Below are positions 13,711 to 27,700 of a stretch of DNA of 64,000 bases, in pieces. A model generated the notes under the pieces. That model did not search any database, was not told the DNA's origin, and saw nothing but the letters and a program-made list of their open reading frames with translations. The stretch's first letter is position 1. The number at the start of each line of letters is the position of its first letter. The stretch covers positions 248,001 through 312,000 of the forward strand of contig CM061254.1 of NCBI GenBank assembly GCA_022605425.2. Direction: 5' to 3'. Made by a program: the position numbers and the translations under genes. Origin of the DNA: Hamiltosporidium tvaerminnensis FI-OER-3-3. Its lineage: Eukaryota; Fungi; Microsporidia.

Positions 13711-15008
13711 ATGCGCATAGTATGTTACTTCGACAAAAAAATACATTTTTATTTTATATATTTATAGTCGTATGTCTATCATCAAGAATTTTATCTAATC
13801 ATTACAATATTAATGAATTTAGAGACTTCTTTGTAAAAAAATCGCTTGATTTATATTATAAAAAAACGAAGGGACTGGCATCTTTGCCTAGAGCTGTTGA
13901 TTATACATTTTTATTCTGCTATGATAGCCAGATCGGAGCCTTTGGTAATGTATTATCAAATCATTTACAAGGAAAACCCTCCAATAACTACGAAATTAAT
14001 ATTAATATACCAAATAGTAAGCCTACAAGAAATATAGAGCGTATAAAGTTAAAGTTATTTAGCATAAATCGAAAAATTAATGACATATGGTCTAAATCTA
14101 GCATTAATTCTAAGAATAATTATCAAAGGAGAATTCAAAGAAAAGTTCATATTTTTGCTTTTAAAAATAATTTCAAAATAATTTTAGATAAGATATTTCG
14201 AATACATAGATGCATAGGAGTTATCACGCACAGATTCAATAATTTCAATAACCATTTCGTTTCAATAGAAGATACCGGCAAAGGCATATCTAAGAAAATA
14301 CCTAAGAGGTATCTAAGTGATTCTATAGATATTTTGCTTAATTCGAAAAATGACGTATGAATTAAGGTATTCAGTGAATTCGAAAATTTCGATTAGAATA
14401 TTGATAAAGATAACATGATAGAAATTTTTAAAAATACTCATCGGGAAATGTTCTGTTTCTCACATTTAACTTACACATTATATATCATTGATAAGAGTGA
14501 TTTAGAATTAGACGAGTGTACATACAGAAAGAAAGTCTTAAAGAAAAGCATAATAAATCGGTACAGGATTTCATTTCATTCTACACTGCCTAATTTTAAG
14601 AATGAAACAACAGTATTTCTTCTAAGACAAACTTTCAAATTTGCTACCTATTTCTTCGCAACAGAATTCATATTTATATTCAACGAGAATTTCTGATGAC
14701 GAAGAATACAAATTTAAAATCGTACAAAATTTTCTTCCTTTAGATTTGAATTACGTTACAATTGGTACGTTATAAAACATTCATTATATCCGTATTGGCC
14801 CGATTCTTTGTATTACATGCATGTAATAGCACGGGAAATTTCTGATATACATGAAGTTTCGCCTAATTCAAAACGAAATTATTTCAGAATAGAAAAGGCA
14901 ATTCCTATAGTGTCTTCTGCGAATTGCGATTACATCAGAAATCTCCTATATTCTAATCGAGATTTTACATTACAGCAATTAGTTAATTAATTGGTATTTA
15001 AAAAATAA
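13711..15008 (+). pseudogene. FEFNFNW-family paralogue 2 (pseudogene)
   Basis: ORFs 13722-14360, 14415-14696 and 14808-14990 together rebuild the family protein. There are in-frame stops at ~14358, ~14394 and ~14988 plus frameshifts. The CCCC-preceded ATG at 13711 is out of frame because of a 1-nt deletion relative to paralogue 3. Confidence 0.88.
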
Positions 15009-15764
15009 AGATACAGTTTAATTTAATATATTCCATATATGAATACGGATATATTTCTCCATAATAGAAAACTTTTGAATAAATTTTTGTTTTGAATTTC
15101 TGTTTAAAATTGCTTAATATTGGTTTAATTTTCTTTTTATTTATGTTTCTAGTGTTCTTTTTTATGCACAGGCATATTCTTTGCTTATTATCATATCTAG
15201 ATATTTCGGTTTAAAGATGATTGCAAATGAAAAAAGGTTTAGGACTAGACATTATAAATACTCCTTTTACTTCTGCTAGTGTATTTTCAAGTTCATGATT
15301 TTAATAACTTTTATCCAATCAAGTTGCACAATTTGACTAAAGATAGTAAGAATATAAATTCGATTTGGTTAGCTCTTTTATATTTCATGCATGCATTTGA
15401 ATTTTCTTCTAAAATCAAATATAATTTTCTAAATTTAGTGTTTTTAAGATAGAAATTTTTACATTTTCTATTGTTCTGAATATTTGATTTACAAAAATTC
15501 ATAAAAATGAAACATTCCACAAAGGCTGGATATTATTAAGTTTTCTATCTGAAATCGGACTTATTGATAAAATTTTACTAAGTTTTTTGTCAAACAGAGG
15601 AAATTTTCTTTTTAGTATCCTTAAACTTGGCGAATAGAGATCCAATAATCTTGTTCTTCAGTATAGATAAATGCATTTTGAAAAACAGAATATGATTGCC
15701 GATGTTTTTATGCCTACCCGGTTTATTTTTACCCTGCCATATTTACTGATCTGGGGGATAAAAT

Positions 15765-16000
15765 AAAGATAAGAATCATCAACGGTAATGCAGCCGTGCA
15801 GGAGCCTTTTTCGCCTTCTGTTATACCGCCTATCAGTCTTTTTATGGTTGTTTTGTTTACATTTTCGGGTTTAGTAACAAGGTGTTAAAGGTTGGGTTGT
15901 TAGCCATACGCCCAACCCGGAGAATTGGTCCCTTTTAGTCGCCACTTACGACAAGCAGAGAATATTTCCAGCCAATTATGCTCCCGGAATGGTGGGGAAA
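15765..16000 (-). mobile_element. Non-autonomous RTE-like short retroelement, copy 1
   Basis: Homologous to 40677-40916 and 48605-48838. Minus strand has CTGCTTGTCGTAAGTGGCGACTAAAAGGG, GGGTTGGGCGTATGGCTAACAACCC and a 3' GGCTGCATTACCGTTGATGAT tail. Candidate TSD GGATAAAA at 15756 and 16002. Confidence 0.75.
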
Positions 16001-16964
16001 AGGATAAAAATAGACAGGTATTAAGAAAAAAAATCGGATATAGATGCTCAATATGTGATAAAGCAAATAAAAATTCGTGAATTTAGATTTTAAAAAACAG
16101 CTTAGAAACAAGATGAACCTTTTTTTTCTAATAGTGGTTAATATTTATTTTTTATCTGCGGTTTTTTTAATTTAACTGTAATTTAGACATTTTAAAAAAA
16201 CTTTTTTTTCTAAATTTTAATTCATCATAGCCTTAAAGTTGAAAAAAAGCTGCAATAATAAAGAAAACACAGTGACTGTACTATTTCTTCTCTCCCATTT
16301 TCTCCAACGAATTTACGTAGATATATGTGCCACAAACCTATCAAGTTTGTTTATAAATTTATAATTTCCCGTTAATTCTCATATACAGCGTTTTCTTGAA
16401 AGTTGTAGAAGACAAGTGTACGATATTATCATCAGAATGTCTTTGTTTGCGAACTTAGAAACTTTATAAAACCTCTGATTTAAACAATAATTTTAGAAAA
16501 AATAATCGCTTCTTTTCTGCAAAAATTTAATTGCAGGGATCCTCTAGAAATTTGCAAAAATTACTAAATTATATAATTTGTTCTGCTCCACCTGTTTTAA
16601 AATATCTAGAATCAGAAATTTCAAAATCCACCTTTTCTCATTATATTTTATGCTGTGTTTACCAAGGTTGATGTTTATTGAATGAATAAGAAAAAACAAT
16701 TTTTGTATTTTTAATATAGTTTAACCACAAAAAAACAGGAGTTTCTATGTTTAATAACCTCTCATGAGGCACCCAGATAAAAAGTATCTTCAATAGAGAC
16801 AGGCTCTATCATCAAAATTAAAGAGGTTGCTAATCAGTGCGACTAAAAAGTTCTTTCTTCAAGAGGAAAGGTTTATTTGTTTATTACTTTGGTTCATTTG
16901 TTACCTTTCTGCCTCATTTGGGTTTTAGAATAAAATAAAATCTTATATTTTATAAGGAAATCTA

Positions 16965-17730
16965 ATAACTCATAATCAAGTAGTAGAATACTACACTATG
17001 CTTTGTTGATATTTTACTAAATTATTTTATTTCATTTTTCTGTAAGAATAAATAAATTTGAGCAACACAGGCCAAGAAACTTTTGATAACATGTGTGCAG
17101 ATATAAGAGTGGACACCAAAATAAAAACGGATGCCAAATTTGGATAATAGACCCAAAATATTTATTTTAGATATAAGTAAAAAGAAGATAAAACACATTG
17201 AATTATTAATTACTTCCCGAGATTCACTTAAAATGGTTGAAACTGAAAACCAACTAAGTATGTCTTGTGTGCCAATAAATTGGTTCTTATTTATATGCAT
17301 AATGTAGAGATAGTTTCTTATGTGATGGCTTGGGACGGAGTTTTGACAAAATACCTAAATCATACCTCAAAATACTGTAAATACCAATGAACATAGAAGA
17401 ATACATTCGGTCGAATATGCTTAAAAAGATTTTCAAAACAATTTTCTTTGATCGACGAAGAGGAGTTGAGTCGAAACGAAATGCCGAAGAGAGTTTGAAA
17501 AGTTCGGAGATGGAAGTTATTGAGATATCTGAGGTGCAAGAGGAACTAATACGTCTTTTAAGAAAATGAAAACCGAGGAAGATGCTGTTAAAAATCAAAA
17601 AAAGCATAACACCTCATATTTCAGACGAAGGATCCACATTAGATGAACCGACAATACAAATAAACAAAGAATCGGATTTAGAAGGAGAAACTTTTTGGTA
17701 AAATAGCTAGAAGAAATATATAAAAATGAT
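16965..17730 (+). mobile_element. Degenerate 3' fragment (restriction-like endonuclease region) of the R4/Dong-type retrotransposon
   Basis: ORF 17387-17569 (MNIEEYI..KTIFFDRRRGVES..NAEES) matches ORF 27889-28320. cataatcaagtagt (16971) corresponds to cataatgaagtggt (27768). Traces may extend back to ~16760 (DRLY motif). Confidence 0.85.
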
Positions 17731-19546
17731 AAAAAAAAGTTTTCCATCAGAATTGCATTAAATTAAAAAAAACATTGTTAGCGTTATTTGTTCCAAAACT
17801 CACACAAATAACAGTAAAATAATAATATTTCAAAATAATGTGAAATTAATAGAAGTAAAAAACAAAATAAATATAAAATAAAACAGAAATATAATAAGAG
17901 ATATAAGACTCCATTAAAAATAAATTATTTTACTTATGATACTTCGTAAGACTTTTTTGACAATGTGCTCTTTCCTTAAAAATATGCAGAACAAATAATC
18001 ACCAACACACTCAGAGATGGTCTAAACACTAGCCTAGAAAATCAGCATATGTTTTTTCTTGGTATTTTTGTTTACATCAAAGCGATTTTCAAGAGTAACA
18101 AGATATTAAGGGAAAAACTCGATTTTGTTATTCGGAACATCCAAATTTCTTTTAATTATACAAATATACTTGTTTCTACCCGACCTACAAATTTATTGCC
18201 TCTATCACTTTCCTTTGTACTTACCTAGTACTTTTAAGTACTGCTAAATTGCTGAAGATTGCAACAAAATGTTTACAAACGGGTTTCAGTTTTATAAATA
18301 TGTTTTCATCGAACACCGAGCCTTAACAAGAAAATTGATATCCTAAAATTTATACATTTCTGTTGGTATCATTAAGCCTATATAGTTTTATTTTTATAGT
18401 ATGTAATAGGCAAATTAATTTATAGATACAAAAATTATTTATTCAGAAGACAAAATAATTGTGAAAAGGGTTATGCCATCTGATATTAATTCAGTTTCAT
18501 GTATATTTAGCTACTCACTATAATATACATTCGTTACGGACCAATATTTTCGTTATTTTCCATCAAAACAATACTACCGGGGTTATAAAATAATAAAAAT
18601 CCGCTAGGTTTGAGTAGGTATTTGCCAAAGCGTTAAAAAAAGAAAAAAATTCAAGAAATTATTTTTTAAAACATGTTTATTGAGGATATTAACAATTAAA
18701 GGTTTTAAATTCCAAGTATCAATTTCTTTATTGCTTTATTCAGATTATTTATTGCGCTGTATCCAAAATTTGCGTGCTAATAATGAAAGAGCGCAGGATA
18801 TAAAACTTTTTAATAGAATGGCTTTTTTGACAAATATTCATGTATGTGACATTACAAGATATCAAACTTTAAATGGATGCTACGATTCTTTTTGGAATAA
18901 AGAAGTAGTTTACATGACTTCTATTTTTAACAAAAATAAACAACGTTATTTCTTTGAGATAGACAAATTTATATTTCAAAAAATACATTATAAACTATCA
19001 GTATTTAGACAAAATTACTCTATTTTTTTTAAAAAATGTATGTAAACAAAAAAAGCTTCATTTAGAATCGTAATAAATGCTTGTATAATTATATAAAAAA
19101 CATAATATGTTAGTTAGTTTAAATTTAATTCTTAGATTAATTTTCATCGATCAAATATTAAAGAGTTAAAATACAAAATTTACGTATCTTTTCGATATAA
19201 ACTTACTTTTATATATATAAAATAGATCAAGGAGAAACATATTTGTGTTAATGCATGTAAAATATCATATTCTCAGTTTTTTCCTGACATAAATTAGCTT
19301 TTAGTATTTAATCTAAATTTGTTTAACTAATTATCTCAAATTGCTTCTATATGCCGAAAAGAATACACAATGTCCTTTGTTATACCATATTTTGATCTCT
19401 GAACAAGCATATTTGTGTATATTTTTATCAGAAATTTAGATAGTAGCCATTTTTATCTTTGAATCTCCTTTTTGAGAGATTAATCTATTAATTACAAAAA
19501 AAATATTTTGATAAAACTTTCGAGCAAAATTTTTAATCCCCATAAA

Positions 19547-20853
19547 ATGCACGCAAGATTTTACCTCGACAATAAAAATATTTTATTGTTTTTTATATTC
19601 ATAGTCTTTTCTCTATCTACAAGAATTTTATCTTGCTATTACAGCATTGATGAATATAGAGAATCATTTGTAAAAAAATCTCTTGATATATATAATATGA
19701 AGACAAAAGGTCTGCAATCATTGCCTAAAGCAGTTGATTTTGTATACCTGGGCTGTAATGAAAATCAGATTGAAGTTTCTGCTGCTGGAATATCAAACTA
19801 TATACAGTCAAAACCATCCAACAACTACCAAATAAACATAAATATACCAAATTCTGGGTTTGACACCAATATTAAGAGTATAAAACTAAAATTATTTAAC
19901 CTAGAACGAATAAGAAATAACATATGGTCCATGTCTTATATAAGTTTAAAAAATGGTTATCCAGAAAGATATCAACATAAACGTCTAATTTTTTTGTATA
20001 AAAATACCTTACAGTTGTTTTTAAGCAAGATATTTCAAATATATAAATCCATACGAACTATTACGCACATATTTAATCATTTTAGTAACTTTTTCGTTTC
20101 GATAGAAGATACTAACGATGGTAGAACAAAAAAAATACCCAAGAGGTATTTAAATGAATATATAGATTCTTTTCGAGATCCAAATGAATGTATAGGATTA
20201 AGATATTCAGTGAATCAGAAATTCTCGATAATAATGTGTCTAAAGATAAGATGATTCAAATTTTTGAAAATTTTTACAGTGAATGGTTCCGTATTCCACA
20301 TCTAAACTACACACTATACATCCTTGATTCATGTGATTTTGAATTTGACGAGAGTCAATACACAAAAAAGGTTCTAAAAAACACTATTTTAAATCAATAC
20401 TTGATTTGTCGTTTTTCTACACTAAGTAATAATACGGATTAAACTGAAGAATTTTTTTTGAGCCAAAATTTTCAATTTGAACATTATACTTCTACAACAG
20501 AATTTGAATATTTATATTCGACAAAAAATACAGAAGACGAAGATTACAAATTTAAACATTCACTTAAATGCCCCTATCTTACATTTGAGTTTAATTTTAA
20601 TTGGTATTCTACTAGACATCCAATAACTCGGTATTGGCCCGAATCTTTACTCTACATATATGTAATAGCGGGGACAAATTTTGATATACTGGAAATTTCG
20701 CGCTATCGAAATCGAAAATATTTCGTAATTAAAAGAGCGAATACAATAGTTTCCTCTTTATTTTGCGTTTTCGTAAAAGATTTAAAATATGTGGAAAGAA
20801 ATTTTACATTGGACCAATTATTTGATCATTTGGTATTCAAAAGAAGAATATGA
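19547..20853 (+). pseudogene. FEFNFNW-family paralogue 3 (one frameshift near 20185 and one stop at 20440)
   Basis: ORFs 19508-20254, 20188-20442 and 20458-20853 together give a full-length family protein. The probable ATG at 19547 follows CCCCATAAA. Confidence 0.88.
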
Positions 20854-23800
20854 ACTTAAATTTTAGTAACTCTTAAATAAATAGGATAAAATTTCTTCAT
20901 AAATAATTTTTTTCTATTATTTTAGGTGAGTTTTTATTTTACATTGCTTCTCCACTTAACTTTTTTTATTTCAGTGTTCAAAACTTGTTTTGAATCCAAA
21001 TTATACAAGTGAAACATATAAATAGAACATATTTTTGGTTACAAGGTATATGTTTTATGAAAAATATTTTGTCTAAGACATTATTCATACACATTTCATA
21101 GTTCCCCAAGTTTTTGCGATTCAGTATTAATTTTAAGATTCTTTTCAACAATAAAATCTCAATTTGTACACTTATATAGCCAAATTTTAATTTTTATTTC
21201 TGTATTCTATTTTCGCCATGCAAAATTTTTTTTCTCAAATTTCTTCCTAAAATTAAAATACCTTTATAATTACGTATTTTATCTAACGAATTTCATATTT
21301 TGTAATAATTTGACATTTAGTTTGCAAGGATCTCATCATAAAAGAATAAATTTCAAGTCTAGAGATTTCTAAGTTTTATGTAAAAATTGTAATTAATTGT
21401 ATGAATTTATGGATTTTTTGTTGAATATTGAAAATTTTAAATTTGTTTGGTACTATAATTTAAAGAAAGCCTATATCAATCTTGATTTTACATCAAAAAT
21501 TCAAAATTGTTTTAATAAATCCAATAAAATGTAATGTTCTGAAAATTTTATGGCTATCGGTGTTCTATGAACTACCGATTTTTACAAATAAAGTATAAAA
21601 TTTAGACTGAGAAAACGCAAGTGTAAGAAAAATGCCTAATATAGATAATATAGATATTCGAAATATAAGCAAAAATGAATCAAAAATGAGACTAAAAATG
21701 GTAAATTTGGTTTTGGTAAAACACTGTAAAAAAGATAGCTTTTTAATTTATTTTTATGCTTAGTCCTTCATCGGATTTGTAGTTAGAGATATTTTCAAAT
21801 CTATTTTTTTAAAAAATTAGTAATCATTAAAACTGAAAAATTCGAAAAAAAGTTGCTAATACATAAAAAATGAGTGTCATCACACGTTTTTTTCTTTTAT
21901 TTTTCCAGGTAATGAGTTTGGAATACATCGAAATCTATCAATTTTATTTTAAATTCCATATTTATTCCTTAAAATTTTGAGAGCAGAATTTTTTAAAATA
22001 AAAACCAATCTTTATGATAACAGTATCTCTCTTTTTAAGAAGTTTAGTAAATAAACTTTATGTTTTTATAAATATATTTCATAAAAAAATATATTTTGTT
22101 TTTCCGATATAGGTTAAACTCAAAGATATTTAGGAATTAATTTGTTTTTGAATATTTGATTTCCTCGGTATTTCACATTGTAATATTCAGATATCAACCG
22201 ATTCAAGATTGGGTATTACATTCATTTTTTTATTTTTTACTGTATAAAATAAGATTGTGTTGTAAATATCAACAAATCAAACCAGTCTTAGTATTTTAGA
22301 TATTGTTCAACGCAAATATTAAGTTTCCTTCTAGGTTAGAATGTTTTCGATTAAATTATTATGCTTAAGTTTGTGATCAAAGTATTATTTAATGGGAAAA
22401 CAACGAATAGAACCGAACGTATTGAACAAGATTTTCTGTGCAAATTCATTTCAATTTAAAAAAATTCAAACTCAAAGTTAAACTTATATAATGACTTCTG
22501 AACCAGGCAAAACAATTTCAAAATATGAAACAAGCTTGGTTATACGTATAGTTCTAATCTTCTTGATGAGTTTTTTGAATTGGATACTTATAATAATACC
22601 AAATAATAGTTCATAAGGAGTATGTATAATATAAAATTTTATATAAACATCAGCTCAAACAGGCCAAATCCTTGGTATTAAAATGATATATCTGGTTCTT
22701 ATTGTTTAACTTCCAAAAAATACTTAAACAAGGCTCTTTGCAACCAATTACCAAGGCTAGATCAAATCGTAATTGAAATATAAATTTAGTTTTTTTCATA
22801 CTAAACATAAATTAAATCAAGGAATTTAATAGTTTTTTAGATAACTAAAACCAACAAAGTTTATTTAAAAGCAAAACAATAATAAAAAAAATAAAGATAA
22901 TAACAGATCGAAGTATATCCAATAAATAATTTTTTCGTACACAAAGAATTAACGATTTAAGCTTGAAATCGTTAATCTGTAAATTTTAACTAAAGGATAT
23001 CCTTTTGAAAAATAAAAAAATAGAACCTAGCCTTTTTATGCTCCAGAAATATAGAAAAAAATAAAATGAATATTTAAAATAATCACATTAGCATATTTTT
23101 GAAGGCTTAAAAAAAATTATATTTATGACACTTCACAAACCAAATTATGTCTCCTTAAAGATCACACATCTAGAAAATAAATACTGGTTTTGCTTATTAC
23201 ACACCGCTGGATGCTTCAAAAAACAAAAAGTAAATTTTAAAAAAATTTAAATACATCTAGCAATTTTTAACACCTATGCCAACATTTATTTTAAGCTGCA
23301 CATATTGTAAGTAATCATAGATACGGCGTAAAATTGGAAAAAAAACGACAAATGAGATGTTCCAAAACGATCAACCCTTTGAACTCGTTGCAAGAGTCAA
23401 TAATTGTTGTATAAAAATCATATAGAATCGGTTTCACTCATTTAAAACTCAAAATTATGAGAATCAAAAAATTGCGGTAATTATCTACATAAATTCAAAG
23501 CAGGGTAATTCAATTACTTTGTCATATCCTATGTAATAAATGAGGTGAAAAAAATATTTCGTATTAATGAAAAAAGTTAAAACCAAAAGTCTCGGCAGTT
23601 TTCTTCAAACTGTTTTAAAATTCTTAGTTAATTTTTGATTATGTCTTCGCCTTCTTAATCTTGATTTAAATTTTAGACAAAGTTTTTTTTACTTTTATTT
23701 GATACCTAGAAAATCTAGAGGGATTCAAAAATAATGTTTGATAGTTCTATAAAAATACAAGAAATTTGTTATTCGGTCTTAGTAAGGTCATGACAGTGTA

Positions 23801-24769
23801 ACTAAAACCAGAATCAACTCCATTCAAGCAATCAGATCTTTTTGAGAAATATTTTTAGACTTTCTATAGGTTGTTGTATCTTTCGTGTCTATCTATAGCC
23901 TTAGAATACCCTGCCAGAACAACCAAACTGAAAGATTTTTTCAAAAAACGGAATCGTATTACAATCGATTTAAAAATTCTAATCCCTAACTAAACGTGTT
24001 TTGATTAAACTTTTTGGATATAGATTTAATTGACATTTAACAAAAATCTAAGCTAACGACTTATACTATATTTCTTGATTTTGTTCGATTTAGATAATAA
24101 GAAATTTGACGTTTTAGCTTAATCCTAAACCTGGCAAGTTCCTTTTAAAAGCAGGATTTTTGAACTATGATAAACCTTATTCTAAAAATACACTGTTATG
24201 TTTTCAATTTATAGACTAGCTTATGTTTTGGAAGAAATATCTTATATCTATATTTTAAGATAATCTCTAGGGGGAATTATTACACAAAATGAATTAATTT
24301 TTATATCTAAAAACGCACCAAGAATTTTAAGCTCAAAGATAGTCTAGATGTAATTTGTATTAAATTTCTTTTTACTAATATAATATTTTTAAAAAGCACA
24401 CGGAAGTATTTGAAGTTTGTAATATTAGGATGTAAATAAGAACGTAGCCGAGGGACGATAACACATTAAAATCCACCTGATTGGCTATGAGTGTCTATAA
24501 TTCGTATTAAACACATTTCTGCTATTTTGGTGGAATATAGAACACGTAGGGCCCATTGGAAAGCCCCCTATAACCCCACATCACAACATATTAAAATATA
24601 CAGATAGAGCGCTTTCATCAGTACCTCTTCGACATCGAAAGTTAAATAGGAATAATTAAATATGCGACTGTATATCTCTGATTTTAAAAATATTTAATCT
24701 AATCTTAGATACCGGATGTAACTATATTTTCTAAATTATTATAGCAAAATATGTCTATGAAAACTTAAT

Positions 24770-27700
24770 AATGGGTAGAAAGAAAAATGGTTGACAGCGA
24801 AAAACCAAAAAATAATAAATTAAAGGTACCCGAACGACGCCAATGAGATAAAACAAACAAAAGTTGCCTACAAAAATTGATCTTCACCTACAGGCGAATT
24901 CCTTACCTGCCTCCTCTTACACAACAATCACACATCCACCTTCAGGCCAAACATGCAGTAACATGCCAAAAATGGGAGCTTGAAATATTGACTTCGCCTA
25001 TGCAATACTTCCTTCTTCGGATGAAGTCTTTGCGTGCGAGCAATCGTACGACATGACAAACCCCTGTACTCTAGCTATTCCCGAAGCTAATAGGCTAACA
25101 GCATTGCGGACAATATTCGATTCCGTAACTGCCGAAACAAAAGAACGGCTTCGAATTGTTTTTTTGCAGTACACAAAAGGTTTGGTAAAATGCCGATAAA
25201 TGGCTGGTCAGAGCTTTACGGCCCTATAATGAGAAATTCGACTGCGCTGTAACTCTCGAAGTGCTAAAAAAACAAGCACAGAGTAAGATGGGAAGAAAGT
25301 ATAATCAGAAGAGAATAGAGAGCGACGTAGAATCGCAACATGTCTCGCTAATACATGCACTTTAACCAACACAACTGAATACTTGAACCGATAAAGGTAT
25401 ACTTGTGAGTAAAATTAAAGAAGTCTCAAACAATGGAATTTGAAAAGTAAGGGTCCGAACTAAAACATCCAAATGAATAGATTGATAGTAAATTTCTGGA
25501 TCTCATTGATCGAATAGTCGGTGAATATGCCAAAGCTCATATACCTGAGGCAATTACGGTCGCCGCGTATATCATGCAAGCTGCGCAGGTATGCTATGAC
25601 GAGGCAACACGTAAATAGAAGTCTAGATCTGCTTGGAAAAAAAACATAGAAAGTAAAATTTCTAAGTTAGTACTTTCCAAAGATCTTCTCGAGAAGGTTC
25701 ATATGCAGGAAAATCTCTCCACTTTGAAAATAAAGAGCCTAAAGAAAAATTTGCGAGAGTTTAATTCAAACTTAAGCAATGTAATTGAATTTCTTGAGAC
25801 TTTAATTCCGAAGAATGAATCTTTGAATGTTTACGAGAAAAAAAATACGATTTATGAGAATAAGAGGACATTCCGAAAAAAGAAACGTATGTTAAAGTTT
25901 TTCCGAGGTCGATTTTATCGAGGGTTATATGAGCGTGTTGAATCTAATCATGTGGTTAGTTCGTGTGGAATTGTGAGTTTTTGGCCTACAATGTCAGACA
26001 AAAATGATGACACAGTCCCATACGATGATTAGTTGATTCCATTTGTATCTGATACGCAACAGACCACGTTTCCTTCGCTAGATGAATTTGTAAGTATCAT
26101 AAATAGGCATCCTTATTAGAAAGCTGTTAGAATTGATAATATTCACAATTTTTTCATCAAAAAACTCACAAATCTTTCTAAATATCTCTGTGATATTGTA
26201 AAGAGCAGTCGTTATGAAAAAACATTGCAAGCTAATTGGTTCTACTGCGGGCTTACGTGTTTAATACCGAAAGAATTTCACCGAGAGGCTCTGACTACAG
26301 GTCTATCCCTTGTATATCCAACCTCTATAAGTTAACGACATAGTGCGTAACGAAAATCGTTCAACTTGTAGTGGAAAGGCGAGGGACGCTTGTAGAGAAT
26401 CGAATAAGAGCGGTTAGAGGAGGGCAAGAAGCGAAAGAACAGGCTCTACTAAGTATTGCCTTAAATAAAGAGTATGTAGAACAATCTTAAGGCAACATGG
26501 ATTGATGTTAAAAAAGCTTATGATTCAATAGATCATGCTTTTTTGACTCAATGCATTGAAAACCTTAATTTACCTGATTGGATCCTGAAATTTATTGAGG
26601 TAATTATATCAAAATGAAAAATTGATATATCAGATGGGTCCTAAAAAATCATGAATAAAAAGATTGATAGAGGGATTCTACAAGGAGATGGTTTGTCACC
26701 TTTGTTATTCGTGTTGTGTATGGATCCATTAAGCCGAAAGCTTAATGAAAAATACACAAAAGTGACAGTACAAACCGATGCAGAATCCCACTCTACTTAT
26801 CATCTCTTGTTTATTGATGATCTTAAGCTCCTTGCAAAAGACAGCTACACAGTGAGTGCTATGAAAGGCGAGGCAAAGGAATTTTTAGAGGTGATTGAGT
26901 TCAGAGATCAACAAAGAGAAGTCAGCCACAAATGCTACGTGTTGTGGAGATACTGCTACTCTACTAGAAGGTGTTAATGTCACAAAAATTAAAGAATTAT
27001 AGAAAATAATAGAAGAATTCCAACACGTAGCTCATTTGAAGAAGTACAAAGCAAACTTATATCAAGAGTTGAAAGACTTTGTCACACTAGATTAAACGCA
27101 AAAAATTTATTTTCTGCAATTAATCAACATGCGATATGGTAAATCAACTACTACATAGAAGTACTTCGACTTGAACCGGCTGACTTCTCTAAGTTAGATG
27201 ATGCAGTGCGTGCGGTTTTGGTGAAGAATAAGATACATCTCCGTCCAGGATGTAAAGAGCGTTTATACCTTTCTAGAACAGAACTCGGAAGAGCCTAAAT
27301 AGTGTTGAGTTGTGAAGCGAACAAATGCTTCTGCAATTCTTGGATTGTCTGGAAAAAAAAAGAAATATTAACTAAACAAGCAGCGATCCTCATGTTGGAG
27401 AATAATAGAGTTATCTTTCACTAAAAAAAAGCTTCTTAAAAGTAAAGTACAGTTGGTAGTAGAAGCCACTAAGAAAAGCTTAGAAGAAGCTCCACTTGCC
27501 ACACTACATAATGAAATATAAAAACGAAACTCCATTCAAAGTTATATAATGCAATGAAAAATGAGTAGTGAGTGTTAGTGACTCTTCAAAATGGCTAAAG
27601 AAAGGGAATATTAGGCCCCGCAATGGAGCTGTTTCTGCTATATCCAGAATAGAAATGTATTCTGAGGAGCATATGGTGTGTGTCAACATCGCGGGAGGTC

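Noticed and set aside
15716-16020. Apparent imperfect TIRs (tacccggtttatttttaccc / ggataaaaatagacaggta) suggesting a MITE around the RTE-like element
   Set aside because: The duplicated empty site at ~21570-21625 has similar-length homologous sequence, so these flanks are ancestral DNA.
18680-19045. 121-aa ORF with a non-ATG start
   Set aside because: No recognisable motif or CCC start signal. It may be a decayed gene fragment but cannot be supported.
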